Shown here piece by piece: positions 1-10,402 of a stretch of 64,000 bases of DNA. The stretch's first letter is position 1. Each line of letters opens with the position of its first letter. Source of the stretch: Candidatus Latescibacterota bacterium. GTDB lineage: Bacteria > Latescibacterota > UBA2968 > GCA-2709665. The stretch is taken from contig OZ242358.1 of the NCBI GenBank assembly GCA_965208835.1, forward strand, positions 4,448,001 to 4,512,000. Reading direction: 5' to 3'. The notes under the pieces were generated by a model. The model was not told the origin of the DNA. It worked only from the letters and a program-made list of their open reading frames with translations, and made no database searches. Both the position numbers and the translations under genes were made by a program.

Positions 1-753
1 GGCCATGACCTGCCTCCGTTCCCGGGTGCGGCGCCGTATGTAATACTTTCGTCGGAGGACGGATACGCGCTGGGCAACGGGTTGGAAAACCTGGTCGGCT
101 TTCAACATGGCGGCGCTTCGGCCGACGTCGACTCCGACGGGGACGTCGACGTATTCGTCACCCACCTGAATGCCACTGGCGGGCCGTTCTTTCTGATCAA
201 TGATGGCGCGGGAACATTCACGCCGGATACGGACAGGATTGATGGCCTTGCCCATAAGGCGTTGTTTACCGCGGAATTGGTTGACGTCGACGGCGACGGT
301 TTCCTCGATCTCCTGGCCGCCGGACACGAGTACGATCCCCCGCAGGATCTACAGACGCAGATCCTGTGGGGTAACGCCGACGGCGTCTACAGCACGGACA
401 GTGCCACGATCCTGCCGGCAGTGGCAGGACGCGGTATCGTCGTCGATATCGACGTGAGCGACACGGACGGTGATGGAGACAAGGACATTGTGATCGACCG
501 GACGAGTGACGATTCTACCGACCAATGGTATCGTGGATACTACATCCAACTGGTCGAGCAGATCGGCGCTCGTCGTTTCGAGGACAAGACCGCGGAGTTG
601 ATACATCAGAACGCAGACGACGAAACCGATTGGATCGTCTGGATCCGGTTGTGCGATTGCGACGGAGACGGAGACGTGGATATCGTGGTTGACGACGCGG
701 CAAGGAACCTGATCTGGAAGAACGATGGGACGGGCGCGTTTCGGCCGCGGTAG
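1..753 (+). CDS. FG-GAP/VCBS repeat protein, 5'-truncated by window edge; paralog of the C-terminus of 1255..3816
   Basis: Frame open from base 1 (GHDLPPFPGAAPYVILSSE...); repeated DxDGDGDxD motifs; highly similar to the last ~250 aa of 1255..3816. Confidence 0.85.
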   Translation, partial: GHDLPPFPGAAPYVILSSEDGYALGNGLENLVGFQHGGASADVDSDGDVDVFVTHLNATGGPFFLINDGAGTFTPDTDRIDGLAHKALFTAELVDVDGDGFLDLLAAGHEYDPPQDLQTQILWGNADGVYSTDSATILPAVAGRGIVVDIDVSDTDGDGDKDIVIDRTSDDSTDQWYRGYYIQLVEQIGARRFEDKTAELIHQNADDETDWIVWIRLCDCDGDGDVDIVVDDAARNLIWKNDGTGAFRPR

Positions 754-887
754 GCAGCGGGAGCGATTACCGTCTTCCCGCATCGAATAGCTGATGCGAA
801 CAGGCGGGAGAATCCTTGACGATGCACAGAATGACACGTTTTGAAACTACCATTGGTGAAATGTATCGGTCAGGTGTTCGCCCCCAC

Positions 888-1010
888 TGTCATCCAGAGG
901 AGGCCCCCCAGGCCGACGAAGGATCTACTGCAGCATGGGATCATCCATGCACGATTTACTCACGTCGATACCTGAGAGGCAGTACCTCCGCATTGCTCCT
1001 CCCGTGGCGG
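888..1010 (+). repeat. Dispersed ~100-bp intergenic element; second copy inverted at ~57545-57655
   Basis: GACGAAGGATCTACTGC.GCATGG and GTCGATACCTGAG.GGC are shared with the reverse complement of 57545-57655. Confidence 0.7.
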
Positions 1011-1014
1011 ACCG

Positions 1015-1088
1015 TCGCGTTTCCGGGTCAGCCTTTTGAGGGTGGGACGGACATTCCTGTCTGCCCACATGGATGGTTTTTCTGTGGC
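1015..1088 (+). repeat. REP-containing block (GTGG-type REP at 1042-1066)
   Basis: GTGGGACGGACATTCCTGTCTGCCC hairpin; block repeated at 3825-3898; REP core also at 17646, 20733, 24002, 26793. Confidence 0.8.
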
Positions 1089-1132
1089 AAGGTGACAGAA
1101 GAAAGGCCGCCCCGCCAATTGACACCACAATC

Positions 1133-1249
1133 ACTCCCCCCTTGAGGGGGAGTCGCAGAAGCCGAGCCGGCCCACGAGCACTTGCCCTGCTTGGACTGCT
1201 TGCGTTAAGCGTGTCGAAGGGACCGGCGACGGCTGATGCGGTGGGGGGT
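1133..1249. repeat. Palindromic REP-like element
   Basis: ACTCCCCCCTTGAGGGGGAGT hairpin at 1133-1153 and a closing GTGGGGGGT. Confidence 0.5.
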
Positions 1250-1254
1250 CTGGA

Positions 1255-3816
1255 ATGAAACGTCTCTGTATCATTATCCTGGTCGCTGTTTTCGGAATCT
1301 GGACGTGGTCGCCTCAGGCGCCTGCCTTCCAATCCAGCCCCTTCCCCGACTTTGACGAAGACGGCGTGGTGGGCTTCGCCGACTTTCTGCAGTTCGCCGG
1401 CAGGTTCGGTGCGGCACGGGGCGATGACACGTACGATGACCGGTACGACCTGGATGGCGATGGCGCGATCGGCTTTCCGGATTTTCTGATCTTTGCCGCC
1501 AGCTTCGGGAGAGCGTCGCCTTCCGCAGGCGATGAAAACGACGTGAACATACCGGACGCCAACCTGCGCGCGGTAATTGCCGACAGCCTCGGCAAGGCGC
1601 GCGATGCGCCCATCTCCCGCGCAGAGCTGGAGACCCTGACACGCTTCCAGGCGCCGGGGGCCAACATCAGACACATTTCCGGGCTTCAGTTTGCGACGAA
1701 TCTAAAGGAACTGTGGCTTCAGGACAATGCGATAGCGGAACTCTCGCCGCTGTGCGACCTGACCGGGCTGACGGACCTGGTTCTCTACAGCAACAGAATC
1801 TCCGACGTTTCAGCGCTATCCAACCTTGCTGATTTGCACCACGTGAATCTCGGCCACAACAGGGTGTCTGATATCTCAGTGCTGGCCAACCTGAAAAACC
1901 TGGGATACCTTGGGCTTTCCGAAAATGCGATTGCAGACCTATCCCCGCTTTCCGATCTGACCAACCTGATCGGGTTATACCTGACCGGCATCGGCGCCTC
2001 TGACGTATCCGCCCTGGCTGACCTGACGAACCTGAGATACCTGGAGCTTAACGACAATCGCGTCTCCAATCTCTCTGCGCTTTCCAACTTGACGCAACTC
2101 ACGGACCTGTGGCTTGCCAACAACGAAATCTCGGACGTCTCTGAGCTAACTGAACTGACGAAATTGAAGACGCTGAACATCAGCGATAACGGCATCGGCG
2201 ACCTCGCCCCGCTGGCACAGCTGACCAATCTGACCTGGCTTAACATTGGCGGACCCGGTGTGACGGACGTTTCCGTGTTGTCCGGGCTGACCGGTCTGGA
2301 GTGGTTGGATGCAAGCGGTACGGGCATTTCAGATATCTCTGCGCTCGCTCACCTGACGAACCTGGTCGAACTCAATCTCAACGACAACACAATCTCGGAC
2401 ATTTCCGCAATTGCCGGCCTGTCAAATCTCAACGTCCTGAATCTCAGCGAGAACAATATTGCGGACTGTCTTTCCGGTTTGTCCGCGCTGTCCAACCTGA
2501 CACGGTTGACGCACCTGGATCTCAGCAGGAACAGGATCTATGATTTGTCCAGGATAGTTTCAAATGAAGGAATCGACGGTGGAGACGTCGTCGACGTAAG
2601 GGAGAACCCGCTGAGCGTCGAATCGGTCTACACCCACGTGCCTGCGCTTCTTGGCAGGGGCGTCGACGTGCAATTTAACGACCGGCAGCCCGTATCAGTG
2701 TGTCTTTCGAATCTACCTGACGAACGTTCCGTTGACGCTGGCAGTTCTCACAGTTTGCAGTCCAACTACCTGCACATCGATCGCGAGGGGATAAGGCCAA
2801 AAGGCCGGCGCGGGTTTGCGTCCGCGGTGGTGCACGCCGACTTCAACGGCGACGGCCACGTCGATATCTTCTACGCACCGAGCGAAGGATGGCAGCGCGA
2901 CCCGATTCCCCCGGAGTTGTACCTGAACGACGGCGCGGGGTGTTTCTCTCTCGACACGACTGTCCTGGGCGCCAATCCCCCCGCGAGGGTGTCACCGCGC
3001 AAAGCACTTCCGGGAGATTTCAACGGCGACGGCAGACTGGACGTCTTTGTCCTGGATCATGGTTATGACAAGCCGCCGTTTCCCGGAGCCACGCCGTACG
3101 TGATTCTCTCGTCGGAAAATGGGTACGTGCTGGGAACCGGATTAGACACCTATGTTGGATTTCAACACGGCGGCGCGTCGGCCGATATTGACTCCGATGG
3201 GGATCTCGACGTCTTTATCACCGATCTGACGTCGATTGCCGCGCCGTTTTTTCTCATCAATGACGGCAGCGGCTCGTTTGAGCTGGACTCGGGCCGGGTC
3301 GACGGCCTGGAACGCAAGGCGCTGTACACGGCTGAGCTGGTCGACGTCGATGGCGATGGATTCCTCGACCTGTTGGCCGCCGGACATGAGTACGACGCCG
3401 GAGGGGGTCATTTCCCAACCCGGGTGCTTTGGGGCGACCGCACAGGCAAATACTCCACCAATCGAGCGACGATCCTCCCTGCTGTCCCGGGGCGAGGTAT
3501 CGTCGTCGATATTGACGTGAGTGACACGGACGGAGATGGAGACAAAGACATCGTGGTCAACCGCACGAGTGATGATTCTACCGACGAATGGTATCGTGGA
3601 TACAACATCCAACTGGTCGAGCAGACCGGCGATCGTCGGTTCGAGGACAAAACCGCGGAGTTGCTTCATCAGAATGCAGACGAAAATACCGATTGGATCG
3701 TCTGGATCCGTATGTGCGATTGCGATGCCGATGGAGACGTGGATATTGTGGTTGACGATGCCGCAAGAAACCTGATCTGGAAAAATGATGGGTCAGGCGC
3801 GTTTCACCGGAGGTAG
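1255..3816 (+). CDS. Secreted protein: EF-hand/dockerin-like domain + internalin-type LRR + FG-GAP repeats
   Basis: Signal peptide; DFDEDGVVGFADFLQFA...DLDGDGAIGFPDFLIFA; IPDANLRAVI LRR cap; 22-aa LxxLxLxxNxIsDls repeats; ADFNGDG repeats. Confidence 0.9.
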   Translation: MKRLCIIILVAVFGIWTWSPQAPAFQSSPFPDFDEDGVVGFADFLQFAGRFGAARGDDTYDDRYDLDGDGAIGFPDFLIFAASFGRASPSAGDENDVNIPDANLRAVIADSLGKARDAPISRAELETLTRFQAPGANIRHISGLQFATNLKELWLQDNAIAELSPLCDLTGLTDLVLYSNRISDVSALSNLADLHHVNLGHNRVSDISVLANLKNLGYLGLSENAIADLSPLSDLTNLIGLYLTGIGASDVSALADLTNLRYLELNDNRVSNLSALSNLTQLTDLWLANNEISDVSELTELTKLKTLNISDNGIGDLAPLAQLTNLTWLNIGGPGVTDVSVLSGLTGLEWLDASGTGISDISALAHLTNLVELNLNDNTISDISAIAGLSNLNVLNLSENNIADCLSGLSALSNLTRLTHLDLSRNRIYDLSRIVSNEGIDGGDVVDVRENPLSVESVYTHVPALLGRGVDVQFNDRQPVSVCLSNLPDERSVDAGSSHSLQSNYLHIDREGIRPKGRRGFASAVVHADFNGDGHVDIFYAPSEGWQRDPIPPELYLNDGAGCFSLDTTVLGANPPARVSPRKALPGDFNGDGRLDVFVLDHGYDKPPFPGATPYVILSSENGYVLGTGLDTYVGFQHGGASADIDSDGDLDVFITDLTSIAAPFFLINDGSGSFELDSGRVDGLERKALYTAELVDVDGDGFLDLLAAGHEYDAGGGHFPTRVLWGDRTGKYSTNRATILPAVPGRGIVVDIDVSDTDGDGDKDIVVNRTSDDSTDEWYRGYNIQLVEQTGDRRFEDKTAELLHQNADENTDWIVWIRMCDCDADGDVDIVVDDAARNLIWKNDGSGAFHRR

Positions 3817-3824
3817 ACAGAGCC

Positions 3825-3898
3825 TCGCGGTTCCGGGTCCGCCTTTTGAGGGTGGGGCGGACATTCCTGTCTGCCCGCATGGATGGTTTTTCTGTGGC
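3825..3898 (+). repeat. REP-containing block, copy 2
   Basis: Near-identical to 1015-1088, directly after the stop codon. Confidence 0.8.
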
Positions 3899-4098
3899 CT
3901 TGCGACAGAAAAAGATCCGTCCAGCCGATTCATCACCCTGCCAATCCCCGCATCTCGCGCGCTTCAGCAAAACCTGTCGCACATTGCGCCAGACGCTGCA
4001 ATCTGCCGCACTTTCTCCCCTGCTGTCTATCGACACAAAAAAGGCACAACAAAATGCGAAAAACTACAAAAAACACACATATTTGCAGCTTTTTAGCC

Positions 4099-4128
4099 TT
4101 GCATTCAAATGTGGCTGCGAATTATAAT
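4099..4128 (+). promoter_or_regulatory. Putative sigma70 promoter
   Basis: TTGCAT-18 nt-TATAAT in an AT-rich intergenic region. Confidence 0.45.
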
Positions 4129-4644
4129 TCAGTTGCTGAACAGACAATAGGCTCTTTGACTGCATTCACTGATTGACGAACAGCATCGCACTGTAACAAG
4201 AACCGCCGGTTCCCTGACCCGCAAAGTCGAAAACCGGCGGTACACAAAGAAGGTCCACATCCCTTGGGTTCCCCGGCAACATTGCGCAAGGGACGGGGTG
4301 CGGGCTTCTATATTTGGAAATATCGACAAACCAACCGGAAATGTCAATGGAGCCGATCCGTAAACAGGCCGGTCCAATTCCCAAAAAGCCAAAATCAGAA
4401 TCGGACAGTTATCGAGGAAGCCGTACAAGCCTCGTCTCCCACGGTGCAATGTGACGTGGCATGACCTGCGACGTCTAATGCCAATGAAGAGATCCTGCAG
4501 CGACAAATCTAAAACGGCGACTCATCAACCCGCGCATCGCTATTGAAAACTCGCCAGACTGATAACAAGACGATGGCGGTACAACAATCGTCGATTCGCT
4601 GGCGAGTGCATAGATTTATGCGCAAGAATAAACTGATAAACAGC

Positions 4645-6066
4645 ATGCTGCAATCGTTACGCCCTTCGACAGATCCAGGGCCAAATTCAAGCACGCAGGT
4701 CTTTTGCGTCGTCGTTCTGTTCGGGTTCGTCTCCATCGCGTCCGCCCAGCGCTTCGACCCAGTTCAGCGACCGCTCCCGCCGGAGATCATGGCCGACACA
4801 TACCTGAACCAGGCGGAACAGCTACATGCCGAAAGGGACTATGCGGGCGCTTTCAAGCTGATGGAAAAGATCATCGTGCTACAAGAAGTGCACAAATTAA
4901 AATTGCCCGACGAATTACACTTCAAATATGCGAGAGTGGCCCTATCAGCAGATTCAACCAAGATTGCGCGTGAATCCATAAACAGGTATCTGACGACAAC
5001 CGGGAGAAGCGGCGAGTATTACAAGGATGCGCTGGTGTTGCCGACATAGAAGCTGAAGGCCCCGAGATTGGGACCGAGGAAACCTGTACCGGTAAGCCGG
5101 TTGGCGCCGGTTGTTGGATGGCTTTGGCTCAGCAGCCTGAATGCTACTTCTGGAATCCTGCGTTAAAAAAGGACCAATCCGCGACATGGACCGGCAAGTG
5201 CTCAGGTGGAGCAGCGCACGGGAAGGGACAGCTTACCTGCACTTACACGGTTAGAGACTCTCTTGATTTTACGGAAACAGGTTCCGGACACGTCCGTACG
5301 GGAAAGCTCCACGGACGGTGGATTTTTCAGGATCACAACGGCTACGTGGATGAGGGCGCCTATGTCGAGGGCAACCGGCACGGCGAATGGGTCGCCCGCC
5401 GTGGGTATGACAAATACCAATCATCCCATGTGCATGGAACGTTGCAATGCGCAGAAATGACCGTTAGGGACGAAGGCGACAAGTCGGAGGATCCCTAATC
5501 AAAGGGGCTTATAACCCAAAGTGACATCCTGGCCTATGGTTCCCGGAGGAGGTCGTGATCGACGCGAGCCCGGAGGAGTTGCTAAGGGTGGTGTTGCGAG
5601 AGGTGGACCTGAAGCTGATAGATCCGAAGACGAAGGGGTAGCATGATGTTTCACTTTGTGGAAATCCTCTTGGAAGCGATTGTATATTGGTTCCAGCATA
5701 AGGCAAAATGGGTTGGGCAGCGCAAAAAGGCCTGTCGCAAATAAGCCACCCGATTGACAAGGCGCAAGTGGCTTGTAGGGGAATTTGTCAGAAGAAGAGG
5801 CAGGAAGGGAAGCGGGGTGCCGACAGAAGGTAATGTCACTTTGGGTTATAGGTCGCTAATCAAATGGTAAACGCCACGGCAAGTGGGTCACTGTACATCG
5901 GGACCGGTACAGGACGGCGGGCGAATATATCGACGGCGAAAAGGACGGAATCTGGTTAGAGTACATTCGAACGTCGAATGATAAAGATGAATGCTGGTCT
6001 CGCATGTTCCGCAACGGCGAAAAATCGAACGAGAAAAAGGTAAAGACGAAAACGTGCCGGAAATGA
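4645..6066 (+). pseudogene. TPR-like N-terminus + MORN-like repeat protein, disrupted
   Basis: Frameshift at ~5041, TAA at 5496, insertion 5504-5856; the G-x-Y-xx-G-x-RHG-x-W repeats resume after the insertion (NGKRHGKW...GEKDGIW) and end at TGA 6066. Confidence 0.75.
5504..5856. mobile_element. 353-bp non-autonomous IS/MITE (IS1595-like by inference)
   Basis: 24-bp TIRs GGGGCTTATAACCCAAAGTGACAT / ATGTCACTTTGGGTTATAGGTCGC (3 mismatches); 8-bp direct repeat TAATCAAA at 5496-5503 and 5857-5864. Confidence 0.85.
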
Positions 6067-6286
6067 CCGAACCGGCGCGCCTAGGCGGAGCTCGAATTGT
6101 TGGGCGCCGTTGCCAGCGCCGTTTGCTGCGAGACTCGGACGACGCGCACCAAGAACAAAAATCTACAGCTTGGAGAGTTCCTCGTCGGCGGCGTCAAGGG
6201 TCTCAGATTTTCTGCGTAAACGCAACGGTCAACAACTGCACAAAAGCCAACCAACAGACACCTGTCGCAGGGGAGGAGGCCGAACA

Positions 6287-8497
6287 GTGTTTACGAGATT
6301 GGGAACAGCGATTATAGCCGCCGTCGCGCTGTTGGCCGCTGTATTTCAAGCCGCAATCGGTGCCGGTTCAAACGATCGTCGAGCGACCGCACATGCAGTT
6401 ACGGTCGACGTTACCGCGTCAATTCCCGATTTCGACGGCGACGGGACGATCGGCTTTGGCGATTTCGTGAAGTTTTCGGGGAAGTTCGGCCAGCGTGAGG
6501 ACGATGACGGATACGATGCGCTGTACGACCTGAATGACGATGGTGAGATCGGGTTTTCCGACTTTGTTATCTTCGCACAGAACTTCGGCAGGGAGGCGCC
6601 ACCTCCTGTCGTCGCCATCCCCGACGCCGACCTGCGCGCGGCGATCGTAGCTGCATTGGACAAGGATAGCGGCGCACCGATCACAAGGGCCGAAATGGCG
6701 ACGCTGGACCGTCTGGACGCAAAAGACGCCGGCGTCAGCGATCTGACAGGCATGGAGTTTGCCGTCAACCTGACATGGCTGAGCCTTTATGACAACGACA
6801 TCGAAGACATTTCGGCACTGGCCGACCTGATCAACCTGGAACGGCTGTGGCTTTCGAACAACGACATTGAAGACATCTCGGCACTGGCGAAATTGGCCAA
6901 GCTGACCGAACTGTGGCTGTCGAACAACCGGATCGAGGACATCTCGGCGCTTTTCGGCCTTACCGGACTCACACGGCTGAGTCTTGGCCACAACAACCTC
7001 ACGGACATCTCGGTCCTGTCTGGCTTGACCCGCCTGCAAGAACTGTATCTCGAAAGTAATCCGGGTCTATCGGGCGCCTTGCCCGGTTCCTTCACCGGTC
7101 TTACCAGTCTCAATGCGCTGTGGCTGCACGGCACGGGGTTGTGTGTGTCGCGGGACGCCGCTGCCCAGACGTGGATTGCGAAGATTGGAAACAAGCGCGG
7201 CGTGGTCAACTGCGGGCCCGTGACAGTGGCGACCATACCCGGACAGGCCATTGCCGTGGGCTCGGATGCGACCACCATGCAGTTCGGAGCCGCGTTTGCT
7301 CACCCAAACAATAATGTATTGACCTATTCCGCGTTCTCCGAGGACGAGAGCGTGACCCAGATCGAGATGTCAGGCGAGACTCTCAGCATCACCCCCGTTG
7401 CAGAGGGCGCCACGACCGTGACCGTGACCGCCACCGATTCCGCGGGCCTAGGGGCCACGCTGGCCTTTCCCGTATCCGTGGAGCACGTCGCGACCCGAAG
7501 GCACAACATCGTCCTGAGGGTTGTACATGTCACCACGGACTGGATGCCCTACGCCAGTTGGGGCGGCTGGCCAGACGCCGCTAAACCCAAGGAGAGCGCT
7601 GCACTCAAGTACTTCGAGGTCGCCATCTGGGACGAGACGGCGTCCGTGCACCTGTACGAGTTCGACAACGATTTCAACCCGGTGCATGATGCCGGCACGG
7701 ATCCCGCGCGAATCGCATATCGCGAACAGTATGTGGTGCGCAAGCACACCGGGATGCCTTCCAATTGGATCGCTCGACAGGACTTCGTCAAGTCCACCCT
7801 CATGGATTTCGCGAGGTATATCGCCGAACGGTACCCCGATTCGGATCACCACCTTATTTACTCCGGTCACGGCGGTCCGGGCGGGCGGCTCTTCGCAGGA
7901 CACCTGAGCCAGGAAGGGGCGGCCGAGTTCCTGCAGACATGGCGTGCGGTTCTCGGCAGAAGACTGGGCGTCGTCGACATGGGAGGTCCGTGCAACAAAG
8001 GCGCCCTTTCGGACCTGGAGAACTTCTGTGGTCACGCCCGGTTCTATATTGCGTCCGACCTTCCGAACGGAGGATTCACCATGGACGATTGGACCATTGA
8101 GAAATACGATGAAGTCGATGAGAATCGCCAGTATCACGCATTGCTCGCCCGGAACGCCGATCTGGAGACCGCGCTAAAGGAGAGAATCGACCTCCGTCGG
8201 AAGCGCTATGAGTACTCCCGACAGTACATGATCGCAAACAAGGTAGAGCAGGCGAACTACCTGTATTCGTGCACGAACTTTATGTCGGAATTCGGATGGA
8301 ACGTCCGATTGTTTATCGAGCAGTCCGGGGGAAGATATGACTACGGCACCGACCTATGGAAGTACCTGACGGAAAACGATGCGTCGAAGCCGCTACTGGA
8401 GATGTTTGACCAAGCGATCATTCATGACGCTAACAACAGGGATTTCTTCCCATGGGAGGAGGTCGCCAACGGCATAATGATGTGTTGCGAGGACTGA
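6287..8497 (+). CDS. Secreted protein: EF-hand/dockerin-like + LRR + Ig-like + clostripain-like (peptidase C11) domain
   Basis: GGAGG RBS before GTG 6287; signal peptide; LRRs; YPDSDHHLIYSGHGG...VVDMGGPC...YIASD resembles the C11 His/Cys motifs. Confidence 0.8.
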   Translation: MFTRLGTAIIAAVALLAAVFQAAIGAGSNDRRATAHAVTVDVTASIPDFDGDGTIGFGDFVKFSGKFGQREDDDGYDALYDLNDDGEIGFSDFVIFAQNFGREAPPPVVAIPDADLRAAIVAALDKDSGAPITRAEMATLDRLDAKDAGVSDLTGMEFAVNLTWLSLYDNDIEDISALADLINLERLWLSNNDIEDISALAKLAKLTELWLSNNRIEDISALFGLTGLTRLSLGHNNLTDISVLSGLTRLQELYLESNPGLSGALPGSFTGLTSLNALWLHGTGLCVSRDAAAQTWIAKIGNKRGVVNCGPVTVATIPGQAIAVGSDATTMQFGAAFAHPNNNVLTYSAFSEDESVTQIEMSGETLSITPVAEGATTVTVTATDSAGLGATLAFPVSVEHVATRRHNIVLRVVHVTTDWMPYASWGGWPDAAKPKESAALKYFEVAIWDETASVHLYEFDNDFNPVHDAGTDPARIAYREQYVVRKHTGMPSNWIARQDFVKSTLMDFARYIAERYPDSDHHLIYSGHGGPGGRLFAGHLSQEGAAEFLQTWRAVLGRRLGVVDMGGPCNKGALSDLENFCGHARFYIASDLPNGGFTMDDWTIEKYDEVDENRQYHALLARNADLETALKERIDLRRKRYEYSRQYMIANKVEQANYLYSCTNFMSEFGWNVRLFIEQSGGRYDYGTDLWKYLTENDASKPLLEMFDQAIIHDANNRDFFPWEEVANGIMMCCED

Positions 8498-8869
8498 TTC
8501 TAAGCTGGTGAGATTGGGACAACAAGAAAAAGGAGGACGCGTTGATGTGGTGATTCATGAAACAAAGGGTCGTACATAGGTGGTGCAACGAACCTATCTG
8601 CGCATGGAAGACGAAACGGCTGGTAGAGCTTCGGGAATTATTGTCGATTGCGGGATGGATGTGCGCAGTTCTTGTGATATTAGCGTTCAGGAGGGTGATC
8701 GGGAATAGGCACTACGCTGCGGGGTCTCTCGATGCGTAAGAGGTGGGCAATCACTTTGGCCGAGTGATTCCAACCCATTACTACCTGCCCTTGACCTGTT
8801 CCCATGGGCATACCTTGAACTGCCGAAATTGGTTGAGTGAGTTACACCTCTTCACGAAAAGAGTATGTG

Positions 8870-9562
8870 ATGCCAATGGAAATCTTGGGCATCACGATTG
8901 TGGCGATTGTGATACTTATCATATCGGCGGCCCGTGTTAAAGCTGAATTCGATAAGGCCATTAACCTCATCACTGAACTTAAGCAACACGCCGAGGAGGC
9001 CCGCACACAGGTCAACACCCTTACATCCGTGAATAGAGAACTTCGCGAAACCCTGACTGCACTGAATACTCAGGTTTCAACGGCGACGAACCGCGTTTCT
9101 GAACTTGAGCAACAAGCAGAGGAGTCCAGTACAAAGATCGCATCTCTTAAAACCGAAAACGGTAAACTCACGGAGACTGTGACCGACCTGAATACTCAGG
9201 TTTCGTCGGCAACCAAACGCGTTTTTGAACTTGAGCGACAATTGGAGGATGGACGCACAGAGATCGGTACGCTTATGACCAAGAATTGCGATCTGCAAGA
9301 AACCGTGAATGGCTTGAACTCTCAGGTTGAAGAAATGAATGGAATAAGGAAGTTCTTTGATCAGATTCAGGAAAGTATTGACGAACTGTCCAAAAAGGAA
9401 AAAGAGTTAACAGGGATAATTGAGCAACTTAAGGAAGGTACCGACCGACCGGTCAATGAGGGTTCCTCCGCACAGACGCAACAGCTCGGCGGCCCCATCT
9501 TAAATGTCGTCATCTCGCTATTCCAAATATTAACTCAAGCGGCAAATGTACTCGCAGGATGA
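8870..9562 (+). CDS. Membrane-anchored coiled-coil protein with three 42-aa repeats
   Basis: N-terminal TM helix; ELxxxxEExxTxIxxLxxxNxxLxETxxxLNxQV repeated three times. Confidence 0.7.
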   Translation: MPMEILGITIVAIVILIISAARVKAEFDKAINLITELKQHAEEARTQVNTLTSVNRELRETLTALNTQVSTATNRVSELEQQAEESSTKIASLKTENGKLTETVTDLNTQVSSATKRVFELERQLEDGRTEIGTLMTKNCDLQETVNGLNSQVEEMNGIRKFFDQIQESIDELSKKEKELTGIIEQLKEGTDRPVNEGSSAQTQQLGGPILNVVISLFQILTQAANVLAG

Positions 9563-9797
9563 GTCGTTTACAAAGTTTGACCGGTGGCGTCCTGCACTTC
9601 AGAGCGCTACCGAGATGGGGTTTAACAATCCAACGTACTGGGGGAAGTGGAGCGAACCCCCATACTGTCCGCCGGGCTACTACGTATGTGGTATGAAGCA
9701 ACGAGTACAACCCAAAACGAGCGGTGACAATACCGCAATGAATGCAGTAGCCTTCTATTGTTGTCCATTAGTTCCGGAAGCCAATCAGCAACAATAG
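9546..9797 (+). pseudogene. Vitelline membrane outer layer protein I (VOMI)-like fragment
   Basis: WGKWSEPPYCPPGYYVCGMKQRVQP...GDNTAMNAVAFYCC matches one VOMI beta-prism repeat. Confidence 0.6.
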
Positions 9798-10402
9798 AAT
9801 TCGCTGCTTCGACAGGATTCGATATTGAAGCGGCAAAGCGGTGAAACCGCGTCACAGGGCGCAGGGTATTTCGAACTAGACCGACGACACGACCAGGGGT
9901 TCTGGGCAAAAACGATTTCAATGGTCTCAGTGACGCATTGCTGCCAGTCCACCGTGAGGGTGAGCTTGTCCTTGAGGCCTTTCAACCAAGTGGGCAAAAC
10001 AAGAGGCCGCCATCGATCCTCAGCGCGACAGTCCGATAAGGTCCGCTTCGGCGTCTTCTCTTACGCCTGAGACCCTGAAGCTGGATTTCTTCCGTACATC
10101 GTCTGGCACAGTTCAACTATCTCCACATCGTGTAAGCGCAGCGGGCTTTCGGTACACTGGCGGTGGCCGGCACATTTGTTGACAAGAATAGTGCAAAGCA
10201 GGAGGCGATGTTGGGACAGGTAGGCGCGCAGCTAGAAGCAAAACGTGAAGGACGTGTCCAGATTCTCCAAAGACAAGAGGTTGTGAATCGTGACGATAGA
10301 GCGCATTGCAAAGGTAAATGGTTGCCAAAATCCGTGCAGGAACGAGAAGCCGCTGATGATCGGCCCGGACACCGACGTCACGTCGACCGAAGGCAAGAAT
10401 AC

